This document shows, piece after piece, positions 1-11,800 of a stretch of 39,707 nucleotides of DNA (position 1 is its first letter; each line of letters starts with the position of its first letter). Source of the stretch: Chrysochromulina tobinii (Eukaryota); contig JWZX01002399.1 in the NCBI GenBank assembly GCA_001275005.1, positions 1 through 39,707 of the forward strand, given 5' to 3'. A model generated the notes under the pieces. It ran no database searches. It was given only the letters and a program-made list of their open reading frames with translations, and was not told where the DNA came from. A program made the position numbers and the translations under genes.

Positions 1-1673
1 AGACGAAGAGAGCGATCTGCGTGGCGCTGCCCACGGCGATGCCGAGCGAGAGCTCCATCTTATTCTTGGCCGCGAAGATGATCGCCGCGGCATGCTCGGC
101 CGCGTTGCCCACGATCGGGATGATGATCGTGCCAAGGAAGAGGTCGGGGACCCCAAGGCCATCGGCCGCACCGCGGATGGCATCGACCAGCCACTCAGAG
201 AGGAGGCTGATGCCGACGGTAATCATGGCGAGCCAAAAGATGGCGCCCGAAACGCCGAGCACGCGCTCCTCGTCGTCGTCCTCGTCGTCGTCGTCGCCCT
301 CCTCGAAGATATGCTGATGCGTGCACAGCTCTGTGAGACGCGCGCGGGGCAAGCATCGCGATGAGCGTCGTAATGAGGACGAGGCGTGCAGAGGACAATA
401 ATGGTTCCCGAATAGGGAGGGCCAATAGGGAGGACCAATAGGGAAGACCGAGTGGGAGGGCCGAGTGGGAGGGCCGAGTGGGAGATTGGAAGGGCCAAGT
501 GGGAGGGCCGAGTGGACCAAGGCAGCCGAGCACGGGGCACCAAGCAGCCGAGCGGCGCAGGAGCGCAGGGGCGGCGGCAGCAGCGCGGCGGTGGCAGCGA
601 GGCCAGTGAGCATTCACAGCCCGCCGAGCATTCACAGCCTGTGAGCATTCGATGGGCGCTCTCGTCGTGGGCGCTTTCGGAAGGCGGGGTAGAGGTGGTA
701 AGTCACGATCCTCATGAGGGAGGCAATCAGAGGTGCAATCTGCATGCATTCGCGTACGGAAGACGAGGTAGAGGTAGTAAGTCACGATCATCATGATTGA
801 CATGGAGCGGCTCACATCAAGTGAGCTGTGCTCCGGGTACTCGACGTCGTGCGTGATCTCGAGAACCGTCGGCATCGCAATGCACAGCACAGCCAGCAGC
901 AGCAGGCTGAAGCTCAACGTCTGCGCCTTATGGGAGTACTTCTGCTCGGGGTACTTGAGGCCGCCGACGAAGAAGGCGCAGCCGAGCACGAGCAGCAGAT
1001 TCGACAAGATCGAGCCGAGCAGACTGACCTGCACGATGCGCAGCATGCCGCCGAAGAGCGCGACGAGCGACACGATCAGCTCCGTCACGTTGCCAAAGGT
1101 CGCGTTCAGGAGGCCGCCGATCGTCTCCGACGTGTGCATTGCGAGCTGCTCCGTCACGAAGCTGACGCGCTCCGCCATGGGCGCGATCGCCAGCACCGAG
1201 AGAATGAAGACCGTCACGTCATCCCAGCCGTGGTGGTGGCCATAGTAAGCGAACGGCGTGCAGAGCAGGAGCCAATTCATGGGGCTCTTCCATGGGTTGA
1301 AAAGCTCGTCAAGGGAGTGGGAGAGGTACGGACCGAAGCCGTCGGCAAACGGATCGTTGGGCTCCTTCTTCTCCTTGGGCTCGTCGTCATCATCATCATC
1401 GCCCTTCTCCTCGTCCTTCGCAGTCGCGCCGTACCCAGTCACGCCGCAGTCGTTGGCAATCGGATAGTTGTGCGCCTTCTCCTTCTTGGACTCGTCACAA
1501 TGAGCATCATCGCATCCGGTCGTCGTAGCGGGAATTGTCGTAGTTGCGGACACCTTGCTCAATCGCATCATGCGCTCCTCGGCCTCCCTCAAGCTTTTCT
1601 CAGCAGCTCTCGCCTCGAATTCCGCCGCCTCCAAGCTGCTCATCATCGTCGCCGCGAGGCCACCGTCGCTCAT
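1..1673 (-). CDS. CAX: Ca2+/H+ antiporter (CAX family), 3' end runs off the window. Exon 1 1673-758, intron 757-331 (GT-AG), exon 2 330 to <1
   Basis: Exon 1 has the alpha-1 repeat GGLLNATFGNVTELIV and SLLGSILSNLLLVLG. Splicing gives YLYLVFQLCTH, an acidic linker (EEGDDDDEDDDEE) and the alpha-2 repeat IIPIVGNAAEHAAAIIFAAKNKMELSLGIAVGSATQIALFV. The ATG at 1673 (MSDGG) is inferred. Confidence 0.93.
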
Positions 1674-1788
1674 TTGTATTGCGGGAAGGCCCAAATTTGG
1701 TAAAGGGCACGTCTTGGGGACGCGTCCTGGATTCGTCCTGGACGAGGTTGAGAAAGGAGCGTGCGTATGGCTAGCGCCCTCGTGACGC

Positions 1789-2565
1789 ATGGGTAGTGGA
1801 GCGTCCAAAAAGGCGGGAGCGCGACCGCAGACTGCACGTCGCACGTCGGAGCTTGGCAGCGTCTTGTCGGCCGCGGGCATCACAAAGGTCATCCTGATCC
1901 GGCACGCGAACGCACAGCCTCGCGATCTCGAGGCGGCAGCTGTCGAGGTGGGCATGGTGTGCAAGCCGGGGACGCCCTTCGCCAACTCATGGACCGTAGG
2001 GGACCTGGTTCGCCCGCTCACTCCCAAGGGCGAGGAGCAGGCGAAGGCGGCGGCCACGGCGTACCTTGATTCAATGGCGGTCAGGGCAATCGTGTGCTCG
2101 GAGGCGACACGGGCGATCAGCACTGGCGAGATCATGACGCACGGGCGCTTTGCCAAGGGCGCGCCAGGCTACCTGACGCTGCACACGCTTCACCCGAGCC
2201 GTTCGGGCACGCCCGACTGCGCGAAAATGTTCGATCAGCTCGGGTACGGCACGCTCAACACGTACTTCGCGGACACCTCCGTGCCGGGCTGCGAGGGGCG
2301 CGGGCGCGAGATCTTCCGTGGCTACGTCGCCAAGGTGACCGGCGAGCTGCACGGGCTCCTCGCGGCCGGGTTGGGCGCCGGGTTGGGCGCCGGCGACACG
2401 GTCGCCGTCTTCGGGCACGCTGTCTTCTTGAACGCCGTGGCCGTCGCCGTGGCAGAGGCGATGTCCATCGACAAGGCCGAGGAGCTTGTGGCGGCCATGG
2501 AGCTCGGCGAGGCGCAGGGCATTCTGTGCGACTCAGCCGCGAGCACCATCGAGCTCAAGATTTAG
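1789..2565 (+). CDS. Histidine phosphatase superfamily protein (phosphoglycerate mutase/SixA-like), possibly N-myristoylated
   Basis: Single ORF of 258 aa with VILIRHANA (RHG-type catalytic motif), RPLTPKGEEQA, IVCSEATRAIST and C-terminal VAVFGHAVFL (second His). N-terminus MGSGAS fits MGxxxS. Confidence 0.85.
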   Translation: MGSGASKKAGARPQTARRTSELGSVLSAAGITKVILIRHANAQPRDLEAAAVEVGMVCKPGTPFANSWTVGDLVRPLTPKGEEQAKAAATAYLDSMAVRAIVCSEATRAISTGEIMTHGRFAKGAPGYLTLHTLHPSRSGTPDCAKMFDQLGYGTLNTYFADTSVPGCEGRGREIFRGYVAKVTGELHGLLAAGLGAGLGAGDTVAVFGHAVFLNAVAVAVAEAMSIDKAEELVAAMELGEAQGILCDSAASTIELKI

Positions 2566-3433
2566 AAGCTGCTCGAGTGTGCCGGTCAATCCCCACGACG
2601 GCCAAGAAGGGCACAAAGGCAGAACGTCCTTGTCGGACTACCTAGCCACGTAGCCTGACGAATGGGCACTCTGGGGACGTTCGGGGGACGCACCCGGCGC
2701 CCGCCCACCGCCGGAAGAGGAAAGAGAGAGGATCGACATGAAGATCATGTCATGGGAGCGCGACATGATGGCAAGATGACAGACATAGCTGGAACAGGGA
2801 AGAACGATTCAGAACGAGGGTGGACGCGCGGAAATAAGCGCTGACTTAAGCTGCGAGGAAAACGGTACGACTGAGAGTCCTTCGGATACCAAGAGGCTAA
2901 TTACAGGCCTGTTTTCTGATTCTGTTTTATGAAGCCTTAGCAAGGCCATGCGCACAGGCACACAGTGTCCGGCAGAAGACGCAGTGCCTCGGGTCGTGCC
3001 GGCGACGGCTGCGACACCGGTTCACGGTCTACCGGTCATGCTGATGCTCATCCAGCAGGGCCAGTCGCCTTGGCTCCTGGGCTTCATCCCTCGCCGGTGC
3101 TCGCACGACGTCGTTGCGCGCGACGGGTTTCTTTGATCGGCAGACGGCACACCGCGACCCGCTCCCCGAGTCCCCGTGCGCGTGCGCCGTCGAGGCTCCC
3201 GCTGCGTCATGGTCGCACGTTGAGAGGCTCAGTTCGGCGTCGCTGCGCTTGGCAATCCGTGTCCGCGGACGCGCGGAGGCCACTCGGGAGAGACAAAAGG
3301 GTTGCGAGGGGGAGCAGCCCCTGTGTCCGCTCGCTACCACAGCAGATCCAGATGCCTTTCCTTTCTGATTCAGTACATACACTCAGAGACCCAGGCAGAG
3401 ACGCTGCCTGAAGCTGACATACAACGCCGACCG

Positions 3434-5836
3434 CTATGGGATGGCCCCAAAGTAGAGGCCCGAGGACAGCACCTGCAGCGACCCGGCCATTGGCAACCTT
3501 TCCGATGCAGACAGCGTCTCGTACGATGGGGTCAGCTGCAAGTCTGACGATTGCCTAGTGCCATATGAATCGAAGAACTGCTCGAGGCGGGGAGGTGTCA
3601 CAGCTCGCGTCCTTTTCCCACCGGCAGCCCTCGAAGGTCCGACTTTCCCTGCCAGCAGCGATCGTGGCTGCTTGTGCTGCCTTGGGGCCGTAACGAAGGA
3701 TGCGGCGCTGGCGGGGCGCGATAGAATGGCGATGGGGCTCCCGAGCACCGTATCAGTATGCAGAGGAGATGCGGAAATTAGCCGCGGCGGCAGACGATGC
3801 GCAAGCGCAAGAGATGCAGGTGCCCGTCGAGGCTGGTGCTGCCTTGGGACGAAGGATGCGATGCTGGCGGGGCGCGAAAGAAAGGGACTCTCGAGTCCCT
3901 TATCGGTAGGTGGAGGAGAGGTGGAGGTAAGCCGCGGACGATTCGCTGCAACAGAATTAGCAGGCGCGCTCTGCGGACGGGGCGGCCTCTTTAGACTCCA
4001 CTCGAGGGAGTATACCATGTGGTTGATTGCGGCGCGTTCAGAGGATGGTTTCGCGGACGCGGGCCGCGAGCTCGATGGGGGCTGGCTCGACAAGGACGCG
4101 CTCGACTGCATCCGATGCCTAATAGAAGAGGAGGAGGAGTTGAGCGATAGCTTACGCAGCTGCTCCGCCTTCGCCATGGCCTGTTGTCGCTCCTCTTCCA
4201 GGGTGTGGGCCTGAGTCCTTCGAAGTAGCATCGAGCGGGTGCTGCGCTCGAGAATGCGTTTGAACCGAGGGCTTGCAGACGATGTGTCGGGTTGCAGCAG
4301 CCCATCGTGCGAGACTGCTCGGGCCAAGCTGACGCCGCAGTGCTTTGCGCCATCGGACAGCTCGTTCACCGGCTTGAGCCGAAGCCGTCCGTCAGGGCGA
4401 TCTTCGAGCCACATCTCTAGCTCATCGCTGCTGATCATGCCATCTGGTCGTTCCGCACCCGCGATGAGCTTGAACGCCTCCAGTCCAACCGGACGCACCT
4501 CTCTTCGGAACAAGTTGCCGAGCGATGCCGGGAAGAGGGATTCCAGATTGTGCAGGAACTCTTCCTCCGAGAGGACCCTATCGCCGGATCGATCCCACGC
4601 CTTGACCAGATCGCACACAGGTGCGCCAGCCCGATCGAGCATCTGGTAGAGCATGATCCGCAGATTCTCCACGTCCCACGCAAGGTCTGCAAGACACCAT
4701 GCGACACCATGCGGCGGCCTGATCTTGCACCTGCGCACGTTCAGGCTGCGCTTGTCGTGGGCGTGCCGATATCCACGTACAAACTCGAAGAGCTCGTCCA
4801 TGCCGATCACGCCCGAGCCATCGTGGTCGAGCAGGCCAAAACACTCGTCAATCACCCACGGCCGGGCCCTACACTTGAAGACCTTTTGGAGCGTGGAATG
4901 GAACTCGGTGTCGTCAATGAGCGGCTCCAGGTCATTGTTGAAGAGTCCCATGATGTCAATAACGAGCGCGCCGCTGCTCGCAAGCAGCGCTTGCAGTTCC
5001 GCGAACAGCTTCAGCGCGGACTCTCGCTCCTTCAAGGACCACTTGGCAGCGAGTTGTCGCACTTCGTCGGCATTTGCACCCGTCTGCGTCGTCATCTCTG
5101 CATGCATCTCAGCGACCATGAGCGAGCTGAGCATACCCTTGGCACGCGCACTGAGCGAGCCGTCCTCGCTGCGACGCAACACGTCGCGATCCAGGATCGC
5201 ATAGTCGATCTTACCCGTTCTCTCATTGTCCAGGGAAGCAAAGATCTCGCTCGCAAACCGGCCGTACTTGACGCTCTCGCATAAGCTCTCGAATTCCCAC
5301 GTGTTCAGGGAGCCGCATTTCTCCCTGTCAAACCTGTCAAAGATGCGCCGTAATGTTCCTACGCCATGCTTGTCCGTCGAGGACGACAGCGTCCAGGCAA
5401 AGAATTCGTTCATGCTCAAGGAGCCGCTTCCGTCCATGTCCGCCGCGTTGAACCATTCGAGGATGCCGAGCGAGCCTCGTGTCTCGCGCACGGAGCGCGG
5501 GAAGTGTGCATAAAACTCCTCGAACGACAACTTCAGGTCCTGCACATCGTCCAGGTCCACATCTGCTGACCGCGGATAGCTAGCGCGTTGTTCTAGTAGC
5601 TGCTTCGCAATCGTCGAGTTCGAGCCCGGTGTCGGCGGCGGCGGCGGCACTTCCACCTTTCGAACACGGACCTTTGTCTTCTGCATGCGAAGATTTTGAA
5701 GGAGACAGAGCGCCGAACTCGCCTGGCGTCGCTCTTCGGCGAATGGCGATGTGTAGAGCACCTCGCATCTGCCTTGGATGATCCGAACCTCGGCCGCAGC
5801 CATCTGGGGCGTGTTCAGGTCGTCCACGTGTGGCAT
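3434..5836 (-). CDS. Multi-EF-hand calcium-binding protein with a long disordered Ser/Pro-rich C-terminus
   Basis: Intronless ORF of about 800 aa with EF-hand loops DMDGSGSLSMNEF, DREKCGSLNTWEF, DNERTGKIDYAIL, DHDGSGVIGMDEL and DRSGDRVLSEEEF. The first ATG (MPHVDD) is at 5836; the ORF track starts at a non-ATG codon. Confidence 0.82.
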   Translation of the reverse strand: MPHVDDLNTPQMAAAEVRIIQGRCEVLYTSPFAEERRQASSALCLLQNLRMQKTKVRVRKVEVPPPPPTPGSNSTIAKQLLEQRASYPRSADVDLDDVQDLKLSFEEFYAHFPRSVRETRGSLGILEWFNAADMDGSGSLSMNEFFAWTLSSSTDKHGVGTLRRIFDRFDREKCGSLNTWEFESLCESVKYGRFASEIFASLDNERTGKIDYAILDRDVLRRSEDGSLSARAKGMLSSLMVAEMHAEMTTQTGANADEVRQLAAKWSLKERESALKLFAELQALLASSGALVIDIMGLFNNDLEPLIDDTEFHSTLQKVFKCRARPWVIDECFGLLDHDGSGVIGMDELFEFVRGYRHAHDKRSLNVRRCKIRPPHGVAWCLADLAWDVENLRIMLYQMLDRAGAPVCDLVKAWDRSGDRVLSEEEFLHNLESLFPASLGNLFRREVRPVGLEAFKLIAGAERPDGMISSDELEMWLEDRPDGRLRLKPVNELSDGAKHCGVSLARAVSHDGLLQPDTSSASPRFKRILERSTRSMLLRRTQAHTLEEERQQAMAKAEQLRKLSLNSSSSSIRHRMQSSASLSSQPPSSSRPASAKPSSERAAINHMVYSLEWSLKRPPRPQSAPANSVAANRPRLTSTSPPPTDKGLESPFLSRPASIASFVPRQHQPRRAPASLALAHRLPPRLISASPLHTDTVLGSPIAILSRPASAASFVTAPRQHKQPRSLLAGKVGPSRAAGGKRTRAVTPPRLEQFFDSYGTRQSSDLQLTPSYETLSASERLPMAGSLQVLSSGLYFGAIP

Positions 5837-5977
5837 GCTCTGCCGCCGCGCCCCGGCCTGAGCGACGCCCCCGGCCGAATTTGCCCGAACCGCTCTACCG
5901 AAATACCGGTAGACGTTCTGTGATGAAACGGACGCGTGGTCGCGCGTACAGTCGCTTGAACCCATCAGTTTAGTCAA

Positions 5978-6046
5978 ATCAAGTCCAAGTCAAGTCTTGA
6001 CTTGACTTGAATCAAGAAGTCAAGACTTGATGAGGGCTTGACTTGA
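5978..6046. repeat. (TCAAG)n/(CTTGA)n pentanucleotide repeats in both orientations
   Basis: tcaagtccaagtcaagtcttgacttgacttgaatcaagaagtcaagacttga...cttgacttga, between divergently transcribed genes. Confidence 0.8.
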
Positions 6047-6250
6047 TCGATTGTTGTCAAGACAACAGTTTAGCGGCAAGTTATTTCCCCGATTGACTTC
6101 CCGCTTTGGAACGACACTCGCGGTGCAGTCGGTTCATTCCGACGTCTCCGCTCGGTTGGGAAATTGCGAGATGCAACCTCCACGGCTAGGATTCCTTTTT
6201 GCCGGCGCTCGACTTCACGCACACCAAAGCGGAGCGGAAAGGAAGCCGTC

Positions 6251-6877
6251 ATGGGCATGGTCCTCGGCATCGTGCGCGAGGAAATGCCGCAATTCACGCT
6301 CGTGCACAAAGCTGCCACGTACGAGGTGCGAAGGTACGGCCCCTCGGTGATCGCCGAGTGCTCCTATGGCGGGCACTGGGGCGATTCCAACGACGGAAGA
6401 CCGTTTGGCGCCTTGGCTCGATACATTGGCGTCTTCGGCGACCCACAGAACAAAAAGCAAGACTCCATTGCGATGACGGCACCGGTTCTCGTGACGCCAA
6501 CGCGTGAGCCCATCGCCATGACGGCTCCGGTGCTCGTGACGGCGCAAGCGCAGGCCGATACAATGGCCTTCGTACTTCCTGCAAGCAGATACAACACGGT
6601 AGCGGAGGCCCCGGCTCCGACCGACCCGCGCGTGCGCCTGCGCCAGCTGCCAGAGCGCTTGCAGGCGGTCCGCACCTTCACCTGGTCGTTTTCGGCGGCT
6701 GCTGCGCGGAAGCACCTCGAGATGCTTTGCAGCGACCTTGCATCAGATGGCTGGACTCCGCGGCGGCGCACCGACGGCGACTTTGAGTGGCAAGCTGCCG
6801 GGTACAATCCGCCGTTCACACTGCCCTTCATGAGACGGAACGAAGTCCTCGTCACTGTCGAGGAGAAGAAGGTCTGA
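6251..6877 (+). CDS. SOUL heme-binding protein
   Basis: MGMVLGIVREEMPQF..YEVRRY, FGALARYIG, two IAMTAPV motifs, MAFVLP, AVRTF and AGYNPPFTLPFMRRNEV are all typical SOUL/HBP motifs. Confidence 0.93.
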   Translation: MGMVLGIVREEMPQFTLVHKAATYEVRRYGPSVIAECSYGGHWGDSNDGRPFGALARYIGVFGDPQNKKQDSIAMTAPVLVTPTREPIAMTAPVLVTAQAQADTMAFVLPASRYNTVAEAPAPTDPRVRLRQLPERLQAVRTFTWSFSAAAARKHLEMLCSDLASDGWTPRRRTDGDFEWQAAGYNPPFTLPFMRRNEVLVTVEEKKV

Positions 6878-7694
6878 CGAAACGGAACGAGGTCGTCGTG
6901 GGCGGTAGCACCGAGGACCCCGCGCAGGATGTGACGTCTCAACGTCAGCGATCTTGCCCGATGCGGGTACGGAGGCGGGAGGTTCCACATCCACATCGTA
7001 TTTTCTCAGGCCGCACTGTGAAGTGGCAGGGTGTTCCCGAGCGCCGCTGCGCGCTGGGCCGCATTACGGTAAAAGCTAAAACCAAGGATAAAGTGTTCGC
7101 GCGGGCCCGGGAACCGAACGGCAACGGCGGGGGCCGCACCGTCCTCCGACGACCGAGGCGTATTTCGACGCGACGGTAAAGGGTCGAGGCGGCGTTATGG
7201 GCATAGGCTTTAGGATGTATATGTGCATATATGTGCTTGGGGGTCCGGAGCGTGTGCGCGTTGTGTTGAACAGCAGCAGCAGCAGCAGGCTGTATACCGG
7301 CTGTATACGCCCGCCGAGCGACCGGGCAAATCCGATCGCGGAATTGTTTCTATTTTGCGTGATGACCTTATTTATCGGAGCTTTGAAGGAGCTTTTTCCC
7401 GCAGTGCGACAAGGCTCCGAAGACTCGTGGTTCCGACTCGTCCTGCGTCGACGGACGCCGACAATCGTTGCGGCAAGGGTTCGCTCCTCAAAGCACATAA
7501 TAGGTGACTGCTTGCTGCATCGATCTCGCGCGTTCCCGAGCCTGACTCATGGCGCGTTCCCAACCAAATTCGGCGTACCCGCCTCCTTGACCCGCTCCGT
7601 CGCTCTTGATCGCCCGCCACAGCTCATCTTGCCAATCCAGCGCCGCGGCAAAGGGACGCGTCTTCTCTCCTCCACCTGCATCCCTACACGTACT

Positions 7695-8126
7695 ATGCAG
7701 AGGCCAGACCCCATGGCAAGGCCTTCATCGAAACCAGAAGCAAGTTCCAGCAGTGAAACGCGTGACAGTGACTATCTCGTCCCCGCTGCAAATGTGGCAC
7801 AAACCTTGGTCAAAGAGCTCCCGCCTGGCACAAAAATCAGCGCGGAGGTGACTGCGTTGATGCAGACTATGGGGACTGAATTCATGCGCTTCGCCTCAGA
7901 CGAGGCAAACGAGCGGGGCACGAACCAGGGGCGGAACTCCGTATCGGCCTCGGACTTGACCGCATCGATAGAAGAGCTCGACCTCGAGATCAACTCCTCC
8001 ATGCAACAATTCTCGGACTTGGTGCTGAGCCGTGATTCTGCTTCATCGGCGTGCGAGCAGCTGCAGACCTGCCCAGTCTCAAAATGCACGACACTCTCAA
8101 CTCAGAACCCCGCACAGGGCCCATGA
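7695..8126 (+). CDS. Histone-fold protein, divergent NF-YB/CBF-A-like (may have a second exon to 8399)
   Basis: DYLVPAANVAQTLVKELPPGTKISAEVTALMQTMGTEFMRFASDEANERGTNQGRNSVSASDLTASIEEL aligns by eye with the NF-YB core (LPIANVxRIMKxxLPxxxKISKEAKExVQECVSEFIxFITSEAxxxCxxEKRKTINGEDLLxAM). Start is ATG 7695 or 7713. Confidence 0.72.
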   Translation: MQRPDPMARPSSKPEASSSSETRDSDYLVPAANVAQTLVKELPPGTKISAEVTALMQTMGTEFMRFASDEANERGTNQGRNSVSASDLTASIEELDLEINSSMQQFSDLVLSRDSASSACEQLQTCPVSKCTTLSTQNPAQGP

Positions 8127-8184
8127 CAGGACCTTCCTCTGGTGGCCGGGCCGCCCGGCGCGCAGGTTCCGGCAGAAGTGGTTT

Positions 8185-8340
8185 CGCAGGTTCCGGCAGA
8201 GGTGGTCTCGCTGGTGGACTGTGTGGGCCCCATGGCATCGGAGGAAGGGGTGATAGCGGCGGCGCAGGTTCCGGCAGAGGTGGTCTCGCTGGTGGACTGT
8301 GTGGGCCCCATGGCATCGGAGGAAGGGGTGATGGCGGCGG
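8185..8340. repeat. 78-bp tandem duplication (2 copies plus a partial upstream copy)
   Basis: cgcaggttccggcagaggtggtctcgctggtggactgtgtgggccccatggcatcggaggaaggggtgat starts at 8185 and 8263. Confidence 0.9.
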
Positions 8341-8847
8341 CGGCGGCATCAGAGGCTGCATCGGAGGAAGGGATGGTGGTGGCATCAGAGAAGCGATGAA
8401 GCAGTTGGTTCCCCCAGAGGAGTACCTACCGGACCGGACGGTACCTCCGATCGTCTTTCACTCGACATCAAAAGGTGCGTCCAGCCGCGTGTTGACGAGG
8501 TCAATTATAAGTGAGCAGAGCGTTTCGATAGACCAGACCTCCACCAAATGGTCACCATAGCGCAATTTACGGTCAAATCAGAATTGCGCCAGGGCGGGGT
8601 TAGGGGGCGCGTGTGCGTTTGCGGTTGTAGCGCGCTTGTAGCGCGCTTGCTATTGCCAACCGCCTGTCTCCCCCGTCGGCTCGACGCTCTCGAGATTTAT
8701 TCTAGTCAGAGTCACATCGCCGTCGTACATCCGTAGTACACGCATTCATCTCCCGCGGGCGCGCAGGCGGCCGAAAGGGCCACCGCGCATGCAGCGCATA
8801 GTGTCGCACCCGCCTATCCCCCGTCTCAGACGCCGCGTCTCTTCATC

Positions 8848-11800
8848 TTACGCACCACCCTGGCCCTTGTAGAGGGTCGCAAGCAACGCTGCCCCCAGCT
8901 CCAGGCTGGAGTCGAGCGTGGCCTCGCCTGCAGTCATCTCGGCTGCAGAGCTACGGACCGCTCGCCCATCCTTCTTGTCGTCGTCGTCCTCGTCATTTTG
9001 ATCACCGACCGTGCCACTTCTGCCATCGCCGGCACACCCCTTGTCGCCCTCGTCGTAGTCGACTTCTACGACGACGCCACCAGCACCGCTGCTGTCAGCG
9101 CCGCCGCTCTCAGCGCCGCCGCTGCCGCCGCCGTCACACTTGTCTTCTACGACCACCGCGGCCTCGCCCGCCGCCTCGCCCTCCTCTGCCGCTGCCTCCA
9201 CCGCCTTCTCCATCACTTCATCGGCGGCCTCGACCACGGCCGTTACATCGACCGTTACAAAGTCCTCCGCAACCTCTTCCATGGCATCCTCCACCGCTGC
9301 CTTGGATGCCTCTTCCGCCGCGGCGCTCTCAACTGCCTCCTCCGCCTCCATCGCTACCGCCTCCACCTCCATCGCTGCCTCCTCTACCTCTATTGCAGCC
9401 TCCTCCTCCTCCATCACAGCCATTGCACGTCCCACTGCAAGCCCCGCCGAGTGCGTAGCCGTCGAGGCCGCGGCAACGGCTGGGGGGTTGGCCAAGGATT
9501 GCAGCATGGCCATCATAGGGCTGTGTCTGCCGTTGCCATCAAGTTCAGCGCCCGCCGCGGCACCAAAGGCAAGAGCGGACCCGAAGCCAGAAGCACTGCA
9601 GTTGCCGCCGCTGCCGCTGCCGCCGCTGCCGCCGCTGCCGCCGCTGCCGCCGCTGCCGCCGCTGCCGCCGCTGCCGCCGATGCCGCCGCTGCTGCCGCCG
9701 CAGCCAGTGCCGATGGAGATGCTGCAGTCGCCAAGAGCGGGGCCGTGGGTGGCAGTGGCGCCAAAAGCGGGCACGTGCATGCGAGCGCCGAGAGCACCTC
9801 CCATATTTGGAAGTGTCGTACTGCCGCGGAACGTGGGCCGACAAGCCGAGCGCCCCGCCGAGGCGCCCCCCGCGATGTCGTCATTCGTCTCGTCTTCGAG
9901 GTCACCAAAGGGGTACGGGCGGCGCCGTCCGGCGATGATGGTGTGGCCTTGGCCGCCGATGCCGCCACCGCCGCTGCCAAGGCTGCTGCCACCGCCGTCG
10001 CAGGCGCCGTCGTAGGCGCCATAGCCTCCATCGCCGCCGAGTCTGTTGTGGGTAGCCGAAGGCGTGTGGCGCTGCGCTTGGGGTGCTCGGGACGGCATCA
10101 CTAGAGCCCCAGCGCCGCCGTCCGCCCCGGCGCCGACGACGGCGTTCGCAGCCGTCTCGATGGCCAAAGCAGCAGCGGCGGTAGCGGCGGCAGCAGCGGC
10201 GGTAGCGGTGGTAGTGGCGGCAGTGGCGGCAGTGGCATTGGCCGCTGCGGTCACGGCCTGAGCACTCGCCTGAGGGCGGAAAGGAGGGGAGATGAGGCGG
10301 AGATGAGGCGGAGATGAGATGAGACGAGGGAGGCATCAGAGGCAATCAGAGGCAATCAGAGGCAATCAGAGGCTCTCGCCTGAGCGGCGGCGGCGGCGGC
10401 GGCGGCCTGACGGGCCACTTCGGCGCGCAGCCGCCCTTGCAGCTCGAGAAGCACAGTGCGCAGCGACGCCTCGTCGAGCGAGCTGCGCGCATACCTGATA
10501 AAGAGCGCAATCCGAGGTCATCAGAGATGACGAGTGCAATCATCAGAGCGCAATCCGAGGTCATCAGAGATGAAGAGCGCAATCCGAGGTCATCAGAGAT
10601 GAAGAGCGCAATCAGAGGTCATCAGAGATGAAGAGCGCAATCCGAGGTCATCAGAGAGGCCATCCGAAGCACTCAGAAGCCCTCGAAGGCACTCCGAGGC
10701 ACTCAGAAGCCCTCAGAGGCAAACAGCGGCACTCAGAGACCATCCGGACGCCATCCGACGCCATAGGAGGAAATCAGAGGCAATCAGCGGCACACCAGAT
10801 CAGACGCTCCGCCACTAGAGCGTAATCAGAGGCAATCAAAGGCATACCAGATCAGACGCTCCGCCACTAGAGCATACGCCTCCATTGAGCGCGTGCGAGC
10901 AGAGGGCCGCTCCACCTGCCATCAGAGGACACTCGGGGGATCATCAGTGGCAATCAGTGCCGAGGGCCGCTCCACCGGACCAATTAGTGGCACTCGGTGG
11001 CACTCAGTGGCACTCAGCGATTATCAGTGCCAATCAGTGCCACTCAGAGGCACACTCTATACCGGATCAAAATCGACAGCGGCGGAGAGATCAGCGGCGC
11101 GTCGGCACACGGACTGCGGCAGACCCGCGAGGCTCGCGAGTACGTCCGTCATGTACGCACCTGATGAAGGAGGCAATCAGTGGCTCATTAGTACTCATCA
11201 GAGCTCATCAGGCTGGCGAGTACGTCCGTCGTGTACGCACGACGACTCGTCACGCCATCGCACACGATGTGGGGGAAGCGCTGCGTGAAGCCGCCGCCGC
11301 CGCCGCCTCCGCCTCCGTTGCCCCCTCCTCCACCGCCACCAGTGCCGCCTCCGCCTCCGCCTCCGCTTCCGCCTCCGCCTCCGCCTCCGCCTCCGCCGCC
11401 GCCTCCGCCACGCTCGTCGTCGGAGGTTGCGAGCTTGAGAAGGCGCACCTGATAAAGGTTATCCGTAGCTGTGGGTGATCCTCGAGGGCATTCAATGACC
11501 AACGAAGGCAATCAATCAGCATCGAGGTGCATGCAAGACGTGTGCTTGAGGAGGGTGCACTCAATATAAGCATCGAGGTGCATGCAAGACGTGTGCTTGA
11601 GGAGGGCGCACGTTGCTCGGGTAGAGGTTTTTGAGGTTCGCTAGCCAGAGGTAGTGCGTCGCAAAGAGCGTGAACGTCGAAGGGGCGAGTGCGAGCTGCT
11701 CGGCCACGGCGAAGCTGCGAGGAAGGGAGCAATCAGACGTCAACAGAGGTCATCAGAGATGCACTAAGTGTGGTCATCAGCCCACCTGAGGGAGGCGATG

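Noticed and set aside
195..2156. 653-aa ORF as a single-exon CAX
   Set aside because: The ORF reads into the intron at 757 and its N-terminal part is antisense to the phosphatase gene. The spliced model restores the conserved second alpha repeat.
2600..3430. Short ORFs between the phosphatase and EF-hand genes
   Set aside because: No motifs or clear coding signal; likely UTR or intergenic DNA.
6466..6540. Duplicated IAMTAPV motif in the SOUL gene as a novelty
   Set aside because: Repetition of this motif is commonplace in SOUL-family proteins.
7990..8385. Proline-rich extensin-like ORF on the minus strand
   Set aside because: It arises from the 78-bp repeat, has an upstream in-frame stop and overlaps the NF-YB-like gene; there is no independent support.
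8998..10104. Long plus-strand Ala/Pro-rich ORFs
   Set aside because: They are antisense shadows of the (GCC)n-rich final MSH4 exon; GC-rich DNA has few stops.
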